64,000 bases of DNA from Acidobacteriota bacterium (GCA_020851325.1 JADZCY010000212.1:8619-72618); one strand, 5' to 3'. Counted from the stretch's first letter, positions 23,508-34,492 are shown. The notes: a model not told the origin generated them from the sequence alone. Numbers and translations are program-made.

Positions 23508-25217
23508 CTATTTCTCGCCCGACGCCTTGCTCAGGCCAAAGCCCACCACCCACACGGCAATGGCGGCGGCAAGCAGACGCAACCCGAACGCATCGGCCTG
23601 CTCGGCGGTCACGCCGATCTCGAACCACTTCGCGGTGGTCTCGTTGGTGATGCCGAACTCCGTCATGTAGCCGAGCACGGTGATGCAGGCGGCGTTGAAG
23701 ATCAGCAGCAACCCGAAGGCCGTGATGAAGTTGGCCACCGACTGCAGCGGCGTGCGCGCTTCGGCTTCGCGCTTGTCCGCCAGCGGGCTGTGCGAACGCC
23801 CGTAGAACCAGTAGATCAACATGCCGAGGTCGAGCCAGCCGAGGAAGCGGATCCACGTGACGATGGGCAGGCTGAGCATCAGGTAGCCGCACGACAGGAT
23901 GCCGAGCACCGGGAACACCGGACCGAACGGCACCTTGAACGACCGCGGCGCGTCGGGACGCGTGATGCGCAGGCGCAGCACGGCGGCGCAGACGACAACG
24001 AACGCGAACAGCGTGCCGATGCTGGTCATCTCACCCGCGTCCTGGATCGGCAGGAGCCCGGCGCAGATCGAGACGATCACGCACGTGATGATGGTGGTGA
24101 TGTACGGCGTGCCGAAGCGCGGGTGCACGATGCTGACGCCCGGCGGCAGCAGGCGGTCGCGGCTCATCGCGAAGAAGATGCGCGGCTGGCTCATCAACAT
24201 CACCAGCAGCACCGAGGTGATGCCGGCGACGGCGCCGGCCGAGACCAGCCCAGCGGCCCAGTCCTGACCGATCACGCTCAGCGCGTAGGCCACCGGCGCG
24301 TTCAGGAACTTCACCGATTCGTCCGCGGCGATCATCGGCACGCCGGGCAGCGCCTGTTCGAGCGAGCGGTAGTGCACCACCGGGACGATGCCGCTCAGCA
24401 CCGCGCCGACGGCGAGATAGAGCACCGTGCAGATGATCAGCGACGCGATGATGCCGATGGGCAGATCGCGCTGCGGGTTCTTGGCTTCTTCCGCCGTCGT
24501 CGACACGGCGTCGAAGCCGATGTAGGCGAAGAACACGACCGCGGCCGCGGCCATGATGCCCGGCCAGCCATACGGCGCGTACGGCTGCCAGTTGGTCGGC
24601 TCGACATACATGCTGCCGGCGGCGATGAAGAACAGCACGGCGGCCATCTTGATGGCGACCATGGCGGCGTTGAAACGGGCCGACTCGCGGATGCCGATCA
24701 CCAGCAGCATCATGATCGCGAGCACGATCAGCACGGCGGGCAGGTTGATGATGCCCACCGGCGGCGGCGCGCCGAGCCAGACCGGCACCGTGAGGCCGAA
24801 GCCGGCCATCAGGCGCTGCATGTAGCCGCTCCAGCCGATGGCCACGGTCATCGAGCCGACGGCGTATTCGAGAATCAGGTCCCAGCCGATCATCCAGGCG
24901 ATGAGCTCACCGAGCGTGGCATACGCGTAGGTGTAGGCGCTGCCGGCGATCGGAATCATGGAGGCGAACTCGGCGTAGCACAGGGCGGCAAATGCGCAGG
25001 CCAGCCCCGCCGCCAGGTACGACATCGTGATGGCCGGCCCGGCCTGATTGGCCGCGGCGGTGCCGGTCAGGACGAAGATGCCGGTGCCGATGATGGCGCC
25101 GATGCCGAGCAGCGTCAGGTCCCACGCCGTCAGACTGCGCTTGAGCGCCTTGCTCCCATGCTCAACGTCGCCGACAAGCTGCTCGATCGACTTCGTCTTG
25201 AACAGATTCGAATCCAT
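23508..25217 (-). CDS. APC-superfamily amino acid permease (cationic amino acid transporter-like)
   Basis: LKRSLTAWDLTLLGIGAIIGTGIFVLTGTAA...AGSAYTYAYATLGE. About 12-14 predicted TM segments. Confidence 0.85.
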   Translation of the reverse strand: MDSNLFKTKSIEQLVGDVEHGSKALKRSLTAWDLTLLGIGAIIGTGIFVLTGTAAANQAGPAITMSYLAAGLACAFAALCYAEFASMIPIAGSAYTYAYATLGELIAWMIGWDLILEYAVGSMTVAIGWSGYMQRLMAGFGLTVPVWLGAPPPVGIINLPAVLIVLAIMMLLVIGIRESARFNAAMVAIKMAAVLFFIAAGSMYVEPTNWQPYAPYGWPGIMAAAAVVFFAYIGFDAVSTTAEEAKNPQRDLPIGIIASLIICTVLYLAVGAVLSGIVPVVHYRSLEQALPGVPMIAADESVKFLNAPVAYALSVIGQDWAAGLVSAGAVAGITSVLLVMLMSQPRIFFAMSRDRLLPPGVSIVHPRFGTPYITTIITCVIVSICAGLLPIQDAGEMTSIGTLFAFVVVCAAVLRLRITRPDAPRSFKVPFGPVFPVLGILSCGYLMLSLPIVTWIRFLGWLDLGMLIYWFYGRSHSPLADKREAEARTPLQSVANFITAFGLLLIFNAACITVLGYMTEFGITNETTAKWFEIGVTAEQADAFGLRLLAAAIAVWVVGFGLSKASGEK

Positions 25218-25270
25218 TCATCCTCCGGCCCGGATTGTAGCCCAGATGCCCATCTGTATCCCGTGACAGT

Positions 25271-25924
25271 TCATCCACTTGCGCGGATGTTCACGGCTTG
25301 CAGCAGCGCCGCGGCGCGCGCACCGGGTTCGTCGCGCAGCAGATCCGAGATGACGCACACGCTGTCGGCGCCGGCCGCCAGCACCGAGGCGGCGTTGTCG
25401 ACGGTGATGCCGCCGATGGCGACCACCGCCAGGCCGCGCGAATGCGCCCGCGTCGCGGCGGCGGCCACCATCTCGAGACCGACGGCGGCGTAGCCTGTGT
25501 CCTTGGTCGCGGTGCCGAACACCGGCCCGATCGCGACGTAGTCGATCGGCATCGTCAGCGCCGCGTCCACCTGCGGCACGTCGTGCGTCGAGAAGCCGAC
25601 AATGGCGTCGGGACCAAGCAGTTGCCGCGCCGCGTCGGGCGCGAGGTCGTCCTGCCCCACGTGCACGCCGTCCGCCCCGGCGATCTGCGCGATGTCCACG
25701 CGGTCGTTGACGATGACCAGGGCGCGGCCGCGCGTTCGCGCCACCGCCAGGCGCGCGAGTTCGAGGAACGACCGCGCGTCGCTGGCCTTGGCGCGCAGTT
25801 GCAGCCATTGCACGCCGGCGGACATGAAGGCGTCGAGGACGTCAGCCGGAGCACGTGCGGAGCGCGCGCACGACTCGACGTCGAGCACGGCGTACAGGCG
25901 AGGCCAGGGATCGGGTCGCGGCAC
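25271..25924 (-). CDS. thiE: thiamine-phosphate synthase
   Basis: LYAVLD...VQWLQLRAK...LIVNDRVDIAQIAGADGVHVGQDDL...GFSTHD...DYVAIGPVFGTATK. GTG start. Confidence 0.85.
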   Translation of the reverse strand: MPRPDPWPRLYAVLDVESCARSARAPADVLDAFMSAGVQWLQLRAKASDARSFLELARLAVARTRGRALVIVNDRVDIAQIAGADGVHVGQDDLAPDAARQLLGPDAIVGFSTHDVPQVDAALTMPIDYVAIGPVFGTATKDTGYAAVGLEMVAAAATRAHSRGLAVVAIGGITVDNAASVLAAGADSVCVISDLLRDEPGARAAALLQAVNIRASG

Positions 25925-25938
25925 GTGGTGGTGCGTCA

Positions 25939-26029
25939 GTGGAGGCCTGGAGGGCTTGAAGGGCCTGGAGGGCTTGAAGGGCTTGTGGCTTGGAGGGCTT
26001 GGGCCTTGGGGCTTGGGGGTTGGAGAGGT
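25939..26029 (+). repeat. G-rich 8-bp-period repeat (GGCCTGGAGGGCTTGAAG...), includes a canonical G4 motif
   Basis: GGAGGCCTGGAGGGCTTGAAGGGCCTGGAGGGCTTGAAGGGCTTGTGGCTTGGAGGGCTTGGGCCTTGGGGCTTGGGGGTTGGAGAGG, lying between the accC stop and the thiE start. Confidence 0.8.
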
Positions 26030-26033
26030 CCGG

Positions 26034-27404
26034 CTACGCGCTTTCGGCCAGCGTCGACGGCTTCTTCACCGGCATGAACCGCTCCATGAAGTGCGTGCTC
26101 AGGCGCCCGGCGATGAAGTCCGGATCGTTGAGGATGCGCAGGTGCAGGGGGATCGACGTGCGGATGCCCTCCACCACCGACATCTCGAGCGTGCGCTTCA
26201 TGCGGGCGATCGCTTCCTGGCGGTCGCGGCCGTGCACGATGATCTTGGCGATCATCGAGTCGTAGTTCGGCGGGATGGTGCACTCGGCATGCGCCGCCGT
26301 GTCCACGCGCACGCCCGGTCCGCCCGGAATGCTGAACGCGTGAATGGTGCCCGGCGACGGCACGAAGGTGACCGGATCCTCGGCGTTGACGCGGCACTCG
26401 ATCGAATGCCCCGTGAACGTCACCTCGCTCTGCTTGAACGACAGGCGCTCGCCGGCGGCAATGCGAATCTGTTCCTTGACGATGTCGATGCCGGTCACCC
26501 ATTCGGTGACGGGATGTTCCACCTGGACGCGGGTGTTCACTTCCATGAAGTAGAAGTTGCCCTTGGCGTCCATCAGGAACTCGAACGTGCCGGCGTTGGT
26601 GTACTGCACCGCCCGCGCCGCGTCCACGACCACCGCGCCCATCTTGCGACGGGCCTTCTCCGACACGGCAATCGATGGCGATTCCTCGATCAGCTTCTGG
26701 TGACGCCGCTGGATCGAGCACTCGCGTTCGCCGAGGTGCACGACGTTGCCGTGGTGATCGCCGAGGATCTGGTATTCGATGTGACGCGGCGACTCGAGAT
26801 ACTTCTCGAGGTAGACATCGCCGACACCAAACGCGGCTTCCGCTTCGCGCTGTGCGGTGCGGAACGCGTGGCCGAGTTCCTTCGGCTCCTTGACGATGCG
26901 CATGCCGCGGCCGCCGCCGCCGGCCACGGCCTTGATGATGACCGGATAGCCGATCGACGCCGCGATCTTCGTTGCCGCTTCCTCGCTGTCCACCGGACCG
27001 TCGCTGCCGGGCAGCATCGGCACGCCGGCCTTCTTCATCGCGCGACGCGCCTTCGCCTTGTCGCCCAGCAACCGGATGACGTTCGGGTCCGGTCCGATGA
27101 AGCGGATGTGGCAGGCCTCGCACACTTCGGCGAGATACGCGCTTTCCGAGAGGAAGCCGTAACCGGGATGGATGGCGTCGGCGCCGGTGATCTCGGCGGC
27201 GCTGATGATGGCGGGGACGTTCAGGTAGCTGTCGGCGCTGCGGGCCGGACCGATGCAGATGTCTTCGTCCGCGAACCGGACGTGCAGCGAATTTTCGTCC
27301 GCCTCCGAATAGACGGCGACGGTCTTGATGCCGAGTTCACGGCACGCGAAGATGACGCGCAGCGCGATCTCTCCGCGATTGGCGACCAGGATCTTCTTGA
27401 ACAT
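26034..27404 (-). CDS. accC: acetyl-CoA carboxylase biotin carboxylase subunit
   Basis: [36 protein letters not shown]...[17 protein letters not shown] at 27404 confirmed. Confidence 0.97.
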   Translation of the reverse strand: MFKKILVANRGEIALRVIFACRELGIKTVAVYSEADENSLHVRFADEDICIGPARSADSYLNVPAIISAAEITGADAIHPGYGFLSESAYLAEVCEACHIRFIGPDPNVIRLLGDKAKARRAMKKAGVPMLPGSDGPVDSEEAATKIAASIGYPVIIKAVAGGGGRGMRIVKEPKELGHAFRTAQREAEAAFGVGDVYLEKYLESPRHIEYQILGDHHGNVVHLGERECSIQRRHQKLIEESPSIAVSEKARRKMGAVVVDAARAVQYTNAGTFEFLMDAKGNFYFMEVNTRVQVEHPVTEWVTGIDIVKEQIRIAAGERLSFKQSEVTFTGHSIECRVNAEDPVTFVPSPGTIHAFSIPGGPGVRVDTAAHAECTIPPNYDSMIAKIIVHGRDRQEAIARMKRTLEMSVVEGIRTSIPLHLRILNDPDFIAGRLSTHFMERFMPVKKPSTLAESA

Positions 27405-27415
27405 ATGGGGGGGGG

Positions 27416-27874
<459 letters not shown>

Positions 27875-27882
27875 CTGCTCGC

Positions 27883-29004
27883 TCACACCTCGATCGGCTC
27901 GGTCAGCCACGTCGGGCCTGCCTCGGCCAACCACACATCGTCTTCGATTCGGATGCCGCCCCAGCCCGGGAAATACACGCCCGGTTCGAGGGTGAACACC
28001 ATACCCGTGTCCAGCGCGCCCAAGCTTACCCCGGGACGACGCCGCGCCAGGCGCGGTTGCTCGTGCACCTCTAATCCCAGTCCGTGGCCCAGGCCGTGCC
28101 CGAAGGCCTCGGCCAGTCCGGCCGCCTCGAGCGACCGTCGCGCCACGTCGTCCACCTCGTCGCCCGGCATGCCCGGCGCCACCGCGGCAAATGCCGCCTG
28201 CTGCGCCTCCCACACCGCCTGCCAGCAGGTCCGCTGACGCGCGGTCCACGCTGACCCAATCACGACGGTCCGCGTCATGTCCACGGCATACCCGCGGAAC
28301 ATCCCGCCGAAGTCGATCACCACGAGGTCGCCGTCCGCCAGCACGCGATCGCCGGACCGATGGTGCGGCACGGCGGCGTTGGGCCCGGAGGCGACGATGG
28401 TATCAAAGGCCGGCTTGTCGAACCCCGCGCGGCGCAGCTCCCATTCGATCTCCGCCGCCAGATCGCGTTCGGCCAAACCGGCTAACGCTTTCGGGATTAT
28501 ACACTTAGCGACGTCGGACAAGCGGCGGCCGGCTTCGCGGAGCGTCGCCACCTCCCAGCGGTCCTTGCGAAGGCGCAGGCGTTCGACCGTGCCGTCCACG
28601 GGGCGCCACTCGGCACCGGAGGCCGCCGCGGTGAGCCGCGCCGTCCAGTCGAGGTGCTGGCGCAGGGTGACGACGTCACCTTCTATGCCAATGCTCCGGG
28701 CACCGGCGCGCGCCAGCAGGGCGATCAGCGTTTCGTCGATGGTCGAGCCGGGCGGCACGACCGACGCCGTGAGCCAGGGCAACTCGGCCGCGCGTTCGCG
28801 GAGTGTTTCGCCGTAGCGGCTGTCGCTGATGAGGTGAAGTCCGTCGGGCAGCGCCACCAGCAGACCGGCGGTGCCGAAGAACGAAGAGAGATACGCGATG
28901 TTGGCGCGATGCGCGATGACGAGCGCATCGACGCCTTCGGCCTGCACGGCCGGCGTCAGCGCGCGCCAGCGCGCGTGCAGGAACTCGGCCGGCGCCGACG
29001 TCAT
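27883..29004 (-). CDS. pepP: Xaa-Pro aminopeptidase (M24 family)
   Basis: Creatinase-like N-domain plus M24 fold (DLVVIDFGGMFRGYAVDMTRT, HGLGHGLGLEVHE, VFTLEPGVY, IRIEDD). Confidence 0.85.
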   Translation of the reverse strand: MTSAPAEFLHARWRALTPAVQAEGVDALVIAHRANIAYLSSFFGTAGLLVALPDGLHLISDSRYGETLRERAAELPWLTASVVPPGSTIDETLIALLARAGARSIGIEGDVVTLRQHLDWTARLTAAASGAEWRPVDGTVERLRLRKDRWEVATLREAGRRLSDVAKCIIPKALAGLAERDLAAEIEWELRRAGFDKPAFDTIVASGPNAAVPHHRSGDRVLADGDLVVIDFGGMFRGYAVDMTRTVVIGSAWTARQRTCWQAVWEAQQAAFAAVAPGMPGDEVDDVARRSLEAAGLAEAFGHGLGHGLGLEVHEQPRLARRRPGVSLGALDTGMVFTLEPGVYFPGWGGIRIEDDVWLAEAGPTWLTEPIEV

Positions 29005-29747
29005 GGGCGCGGCTGGCGCAGCACGTCGAGCCAGCCTTCGAGTTCGGCCAGCGCCGCCTTGTCGGCGGGGCCGGGCCCGTCGGGGTCCGGCGTGTGGGAC
29101 CGCAGGTGGCCCTCGAGATTGGCAAGCGGATCCGCAGCGGCGTCGGGCGATCCCCCGACCGGCGGAACGGCCAGACGGCCCGCGAGCGCGCTCAGCGGGA
29201 CGCCCTCTTCCAGTTCATGGACGAACGCGTCCAGCGCCTGGACGCCCGGCGGCGTCTCGGCGCCGAGTTGCTCGACGAGGCGATCGAAATCAAACAGCGC
29301 TTCCACCGACACGGGCTCTTCGGCCGGTGCCGGCGGCGCCAGCGCTTTCTCCATGCGGACGACGGTTTCTTCGAGGTCCGGATCGTGACGGGCGAGTTCG
29401 AGGGCGCGGCGGTAATAGCCGAGCGCCTCGCCGATTTCGCCGCGGCGTTGATGAATCTCGGCCAGGCCGCGGATGGCGGCCAGGTTGTCGGACGCGCTGT
29501 CGACGACCACCGTCAACTCCTCGCGCGCTTCGTCGAGCCGATCGAGTTCGAGCAGCGCCCGGCCGAGCGTCACGCGCGCCGACAGGTACGCCGGATGCCG
29601 CGCCAGCCCGGCGCGACAGACCTCGATGGCCTCCTCGTGCACGCCGGCGCGCCGGAGCTCTTCGCCGAGTTGCGCGAAGGCGATCGACGACGGGTCCGAG
29701 AGGACTCGTCGTCGAAGCTCGAGGATGCGCGGAGTGTCGGAGGCCAT
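29001..29747 (-). CDS. TPR-repeat protein
   Basis: Repeated TPR-like helices (EEAIEVCRAGLARHPAYLSARVTLGRALLELDRLDEAREEL, GEIGEALGYYRRALELARHDP). ATGA overlap with pepP and a 1-nt junction with the upstream PKD gene. Confidence 0.6.
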   Translation of the reverse strand: MASDTPRILELRRRVLSDPSSIAFAQLGEELRRAGVHEEAIEVCRAGLARHPAYLSARVTLGRALLELDRLDEAREELTVVVDSASDNLAAIRGLAEIHQRRGEIGEALGYYRRALELARHDPDLEETVVRMEKALAPPAPAEEPVSVEALFDFDRLVEQLGAETPPGVQALDAFVHELEEGVPLSALAGRLAVPPVGGSPDAAADPLANLEGHLRSHTPDPDGPGPADKAALAELEGWLDVLRQPRP

Positions 29748-31039
29748 CAGGGTGTCTCTGGTTCGGCGACGGTTACGGTCACAGTCGTTGAGGCAGAGCG
29801 GCCGGCGGCGTCAAACACCGTGAGTCTGACAACGTAAGTGCCTTCATCAGGGAACGTCGCCGTTGAGTAGCCGACGGTGTTGTTCCAGTCAGATGGTATG
29901 CCGTTTCCGTAGTCGAACTGATAGCGGACAATCGGTGCCGGCATTCGGGAACCGCGCGCGTCAAAGGAGACCGGGCGTCCCGGCCGCGGCGTTTGAGGCG
30001 AGAAGATCAACTGCGCGACTAGCCCGCCCCCGACCGTCACCGACTGTGTCTGAGTTCCTGTTTGCGCGGCGTCGTCGGTCACCGTCAACGTGGCGCGGAA
30101 AGATCCTGCCGACGAATATCGCTGCGAGGTGGTGACGCCGCTGCCGGTGCGACCGTTGCCGAAGTCCCAGTCGTAAGACACGATGCGTCGGCCACTGCCC
30201 GATGGCACAGTCGACGCTCCGGCATTGAAGAAGACGTCCTGGCCCACTTCCGGGCTCTGCGGCGAGAAGGTAAACGCCGCCGTTGGCGGCTCGGCTGCCG
30301 CGACCGTCACGGTCTGGGGCGTCGACTGCCCTGACTGACCGTTGACGTTCGTCGCCGTGAGCTGCACCACATACGTGCCGGCTGCGCGGTAGACGTGCGT
30401 CGCCGTGAGACCGGTGCCCGCGCTGCCATCGCCGAAGCTCCAGCTGTAGCTGCAGGCGTTGCCGCAACGGACGCCACGATCGGTCGTCGGCGCTGCGTCG
30501 AAATGCACGGTCTGATTCGTGGTCACCGTTGTCGGTGAATACGTGAACCCAGCCGCAATACCGTTCGGGCCCACAATGACACCCATCGGCACGACACGGA
30601 TGTCGACCTGCCGCGAGATGTCTCCCCGGGCGTCGGTGCTGATCGGCGTGGCCGTCAGCGTGACCAGAGAGCCGACCTGGACAGGCGCCGACGGGCGGGG
30701 CGGCACCGTGTAGACAAGCCGCGCGATGCCGTCGTCGCCGGTGGTGACGGTGCTGGACGACAGCGTGCCGAAATCAGCGCGGCTGCCATCCACGAAGGTT
30801 TCGATTCTGAGCGACACCCCGCGCGCCGGTTGGCCGTTCGGGCCACGCGCGGTGATCCGCACCGACGCCTGCGAGACGCCGTCCTGCACCAATTCGGCCG
30901 GCGCGGCTTCCATGGCCAGCGACAGCGCCAGCTCCGACGGACCCGCCGCGACGGGCGCCTCGGTTTCCTGCACCGTGCAGGCGGCGCCGAGCACGGCGAT
31001 GCTCAGCAGCGCGATGATTCGAGTACTGACGAACCGCAT
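29747..31039 (-). CDS. lipoprotein with Ig-like N-domain and three PKD domains
   Basis: Lipobox LGAAC. PKD signatures YSWSFGDGSAGTGLTATHVYRAAGTYVVQLTATN, YDWDFGNGRTGSGVTTSQRYSSAGSFRATLTVTD, and YQFDYGNG...EGTYVVRLTVFD. ATG at 31039 has GGTGGAG 6 nt upstream; a GTG at 31051 is an alternative start. Confidence 0.7.
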   Translation of the reverse strand: MRFVSTRIIALLSIAVLGAACTVQETEAPVAAGPSELALSLAMEAAPAELVQDGVSQASVRITARGPNGQPARGVSLRIETFVDGSRADFGTLSSSTVTTGDDGIARLVYTVPPRPSAPVQVGSLVTLTATPISTDARGDISRQVDIRVVPMGVIVGPNGIAAGFTYSPTTVTTNQTVHFDAAPTTDRGVRCGNACSYSWSFGDGSAGTGLTATHVYRAAGTYVVQLTATNVNGQSGQSTPQTVTVAAAEPPTAAFTFSPQSPEVGQDVFFNAGASTVPSGSGRRIVSYDWDFGNGRTGSGVTTSQRYSSAGSFRATLTVTDDAAQTGTQTQSVTVGGGLVAQLIFSPQTPRPGRPVSFDARGSRMPAPIVRYQFDYGNGIPSDWNNTVGYSTATFPDEGTYVVRLTVFDAAGRSASTTVTVTVAEPETP

Positions 31040-31056
31040 GATGTGCTCCACCTGTC

Positions 31057-31680
31057 CTACTCGTCTTCTTTCGGATCGGCGAAGTCGCCGAAATTGACTT
31101 GCAGCGTGCCGCGGGCGATGACCTCGTTGCCCACCTGATCGCGGCCGTAGAACTCGATCTCGGCCAGCGTGCTGATCAACATCGAACCGCCGCCGCCACG
31201 AAGGTTCCGCAGCGGCTGTTCGACCTTGGCCTGATGGCGCACGATCTCGAAGGGAATCGACGCGACGCCCTGCGCCGGAATCGTCGCCGTGACGGCCCCG
31301 TCGAACGGATGCGGCACATCGACGCCCGCGGTGTTCCGTCCGTCGGCCCGACGGAACGTGACCCGGTAGCGGTTCAAGGTGATGGCGACGTTGTTGGAGG
31401 GCGCCGTCGGGATCACGGCGCCCTGGTTCTTCATCGCGATTCGCATGGCGGCGACGGCGAGGTCATTGAACGTGCTGCCATTCGTGGCGACGTCGGAGAG
31501 CAGCGGCACGCCGAACTCTTCCGGATCGGCGCCCGACGCGCCTTCGATCGAGTCGATGATGATGTAAGCCGGTGACGAGCCGGTGCGCGTCAGTTCGCTC
31601 GCGCACGAGGCCGACGACAAGGCGGCCACGGCCAGCAGGCCGGCGCCGACGAGCGGGCGGAATCGGTGAATGCTCTCCAT
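31057..31680 (-). CDS. hypothetical lipoprotein directly downstream of pilQ
   Basis: Signal plus lipobox (LLAVAALSSASC). No recognisable domain. Start is ATG 31680 or GTG 31692; the latter touches the pilQ stop. Confidence 0.5.
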   Translation of the reverse strand: MESIHRFRPLVGAGLLAVAALSSASCASELTRTGSSPAYIIIDSIEGASGADPEEFGVPLLSDVATNGSTFNDLAVAAMRIAMKNQGAVIPTAPSNNVAITLNRYRVTFRRADGRNTAGVDVPHPFDGAVTATIPAQGVASIPFEIVRHQAKVEQPLRNLRGGGGSMLISTLAEIEFYGRDQVGNEVIARGTLQVNFGDFADPKEDE

Positions 31681-31691
31681 ACGTCCTCGCA

Positions 31692-33995
31692 CTATCCCTT
31701 CGTGATCCGCGGCGTGATGAAGATCAGCAGCTCGCGGCTTTCGTCGCTCATCTCATCCCGCTTGAACAGCCAGCCGAGGAGCGGAATCCGGTTGAGAAAC
31801 GGCGTCCGGCCCTCGGTGACCTGCTCACGGCTCGTGTAGATGCCGCCAATCACCGTCGTCTCGCCGTCGGTCACCAGCACCGTCGTCGTCGCGCGCTGCG
31901 TGTCGATGGGCGGGATGCCGCCGACCGAGCGGCTGTAATCCGGCGCCGCGTTCTCGAGCGTGATGCGCATGATGACGGTGCCCGAGGCGGTGATCTGTGG
32001 GGTGACGCGCAGGCTGAGCGCGGCGTCCTTGAACGACACCGACACCGTGTTGTTCGCCTGTGTCTGCACCGGGATCTGCACGCCCTGGTACATCTCGGCC
32101 TCGATGTTGTTCTGCGTCGACACGCGCGGCGTGGACAGCAGCCGGCCCTTGCCGGTGCGCTCCAGCGCCGACAGCGCGACGTCGAGGTTCAAGGCGCCGT
32201 TGATGGAACCGAGCGCCAGGCCGAGCGCGCTGGTCGCCGACGGCGCCGGCAGATTGACGCCGGTGGCGGCGGCGCCTGGGCCCTGCTGCCCGCCGACACG
32301 GCCGCTCACATCCACCGTGTTCGGGAACGCGAGGTTGGTGCCGTTGCCGAGGGCCGGATCCATGCGGCCGTTGACGCCCCACTGCACGCCCAGCGCACGC
32401 GCGAAGTCGCGCGACGTCTGGACGATGCGCGCCTCGATTTCCACCTGCGGCTGCGGCGCGTCGAGCGCCGTGATGAGGTCGCCGGCGGCCGTCAACCGAT
32501 CGGCGAGGTCGCGAATGATCAGCGTGTTGGTGCGCGCGTCCACCTGCACGTCACCGCGTGACGACAGCGCGCTGCGCGTGATGATCGGGATGAGGTCCGC
32601 GGCCTTGGCGTAGCTGAGCGCACGCGTCATCACGCGCAACTCCCCCGCCAGCGCCTGCGCGTCGGCCAGCTTGCGCCGCGACGCTTCCTCGTCGGCCAGC
32701 ACGGCCAGCGGCGCGATGCGCACCACCGAGCCGTCGACGGCGTACCCCAGCTTGTTGGCCTTGAGGATGATGTCGAGCGCCTGGTCCCACGGCACTTCCT
32801 TGAGCGAGACGTCCACGGAGCCCTGAATCGTCGGATCGATGACGATGTTCAGGCCGCTGATCTCGGCAAAGGTGCGGAGGACGGCGCGCAGGTCGGCGCC
32901 CTGGAAGTCGAAGGTCACCGGATGGCCCGTGAAGCGCTGCTCGCCGGACGCCGGCGGATCGCCCGGAGCCGGCTGCTGTGCCGGCGGCGTCTGCGCCAGC
33001 GCGAGCGCCGCCATCGGACCATCGGGCGGCCGCGCGGCCACGTTGGCAATGGCCGCAATCATCGCGGTGGGCGCCTGCACGACCGGCGTGGTGGCCGCGG
33101 CGCTCGTCAGCGCCGCTTCAACGGTGCGCGGCGCGGGCGCGACCGTCACCGGCGGCGGCGCCGGTGCATCGGCGTCGTTTCCCGGCTCGGTGCGCGCGAA
33201 CACGACACGGGTTTCGTCGCCAGTGGACTCGACGGTGTACTCCGCCTTCTTGCGCAGATCGATGACCACGCGGGTGACCAGCGGGTCGCGGCTGTTGGTG
33301 CCGACGCGCACGCGGTGCACGTCGCCGGTATCCACGGCCGTCGTCGCCGGCACGTTGCCGGTGGCCACGCCTTCGAAGTCGAGCAGCACGCGCGCCGGCA
33401 GGTCCGCCGCGTCTTCGACGCGCGAGGCGACGAGGCGGCCGTTGCCACGGATGGCGACCGCGGTGCCCTGGCGGTTGTCGGAGGTCTTGATGCCGGTCAG
33501 GCGCGTCGCCGCCGGCCGTTCGTCACGGGCCGCCGTCTTCTCGAGGTCCTGTGACTGCGAAACGCCGGCATCAGTCGCCGCGCGATTCACCTCGACGTAG
33601 ATCATGTTGCGGGACGACCGCACGCGGTGCCGCGCCGGTTCGCTGAGCGCCACGCGCACGCGCGCCACCGGTGCGCCGTCCGGCGCAATCGCCGGTTCGA
33701 CACGCACCGCGCTCACCGGCGGTTGCATCGTCGCCAGCGCCCGCGCATCGAGGCCGTCGGTGCGGACGTTACGCAGGTCGACGAACACCGTGAGCGGGTC
33801 GGGCTGGCTCGTGAGATAGGCCACGGGCTCGGTCGACTCGATGAGCACGGTGCTCAGTCCGCCGTCGAGACGGCCGGAGATGGAACGGACGGACGGGCCG
33901 TTGACGGCCTCCGGTCCGCTCGCCGCGAGCGTCGCGGCCAGCACGGCCGCGATTGGCACGGCCCACATCAGTCGAGGGTAGCGACTGCTAATCAC
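31692..33995 (-). CDS. pilQ: type IV pilus secretin
   Basis: AMIN-like N-terminal repeats, a Pro/Ala linker, and a secretin C-domain (LSTPRVSTQNNIEAEMYQGVQIPVQT...RTPFLNRIPLLGWLFKRDEMSDESRELLIFITPRI). The GTG at 33995 forms a GTGA overlap with the pilP stop and has GGAGAG upstream. Confidence 0.9.
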   Translation of the reverse strand: MISSRYPRLMWAVPIAAVLAATLAASGPEAVNGPSVRSISGRLDGGLSTVLIESTEPVAYLTSQPDPLTVFVDLRNVRTDGLDARALATMQPPVSAVRVEPAIAPDGAPVARVRVALSEPARHRVRSSRNMIYVEVNRAATDAGVSQSQDLEKTAARDERPAATRLTGIKTSDNRQGTAVAIRGNGRLVASRVEDAADLPARVLLDFEGVATGNVPATTAVDTGDVHRVRVGTNSRDPLVTRVVIDLRKKAEYTVESTGDETRVVFARTEPGNDADAPAPPPVTVAPAPRTVEAALTSAAATTPVVQAPTAMIAAIANVAARPPDGPMAALALAQTPPAQQPAPGDPPASGEQRFTGHPVTFDFQGADLRAVLRTFAEISGLNIVIDPTIQGSVDVSLKEVPWDQALDIILKANKLGYAVDGSVVRIAPLAVLADEEASRRKLADAQALAGELRVMTRALSYAKAADLIPIITRSALSSRGDVQVDARTNTLIIRDLADRLTAAGDLITALDAPQPQVEIEARIVQTSRDFARALGVQWGVNGRMDPALGNGTNLAFPNTVDVSGRVGGQQGPGAAATGVNLPAPSATSALGLALGSINGALNLDVALSALERTGKGRLLSTPRVSTQNNIEAEMYQGVQIPVQTQANNTVSVSFKDAALSLRVTPQITASGTVIMRITLENAAPDYSRSVGGIPPIDTQRATTTVLVTDGETTVIGGIYTSREQVTEGRTPFLNRIPLLGWLFKRDEMSDESRELLIFITPRITKG

Positions 33996-34492
33996 TTGGT
34001 CTCTCCACCACGCAGAAACTTGCGCACCTCGCGCTGCCGCACGGTCGACAACGGATCGTTGACTTGCTCGAGGAGCGTCACGGACTCGGCCGTGATTGCT
34101 CGAATCGTGCCATCGGCCAGCTTGTCGCCGGCGCGAGCCGTGAACACCTTGCCGGACGCACCGGACACCATCGCGATCCACGCGCCACGGCTCTGCAGCG
34201 TGCCCCGCACGATGAGTTCTTCGACGGTCAGGCCGGCGAGGTCTTCGGCCGGAGCCGTGCGCGCCGGCGTGCCGGGACGAGTGCCCGTCGAGGCGACCAG
34301 TGCCACAAATGGGTCACGACGCCCCGCCGGCGCGTAGGCGTAATTGGCCGGCGGTGTTGGCGCGGCCGGCGCGGCGGGTGTCACCGGAGTGGCCGGTGCG
34401 GACGGTGCCGGCGAGGCCGGCGCCTGGGCGGACAGGCAGACGCTGCCCGTCATCGCCACCAGCGCGAGTGCGAGCGAGACGAGGCGCATCAT
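33992..34492 (-). CDS. pilP: type IV pilus assembly lipoprotein PilP
   Basis: MMRLVSLALALVAMTGSVCLS, Pro/Ala linker, and a PilP beta-domain (LTVEELIVRGTLQSRGAWIAMVSGASGKVFTARAGDKL). Position between pilO and pilQ; ATGA junction with pilO. Confidence 0.7.
   Translation of the reverse strand: MMRLVSLALALVAMTGSVCLSAQAPASPAPSAPATPVTPAAPAAPTPPANYAYAPAGRRDPFVALVASTGTRPGTPARTAPAEDLAGLTVEELIVRGTLQSRGAWIAMVSGASGKVFTARAGDKLADGTIRAITAESVTLLEQVNDPLSTVRQREVRKFLRGGETK

Noticed and set aside
25925-26033. TPP riboswitch expected upstream of thiE.
   Set aside because: The whole spacer is the G-rich 8-bp-period repeat. I could not find the conserved CUGAGA or ACCUGAUCUGGAUAAUGCCAGCG-type elements. thiE probably continues the accC transcript or is regulated differently.
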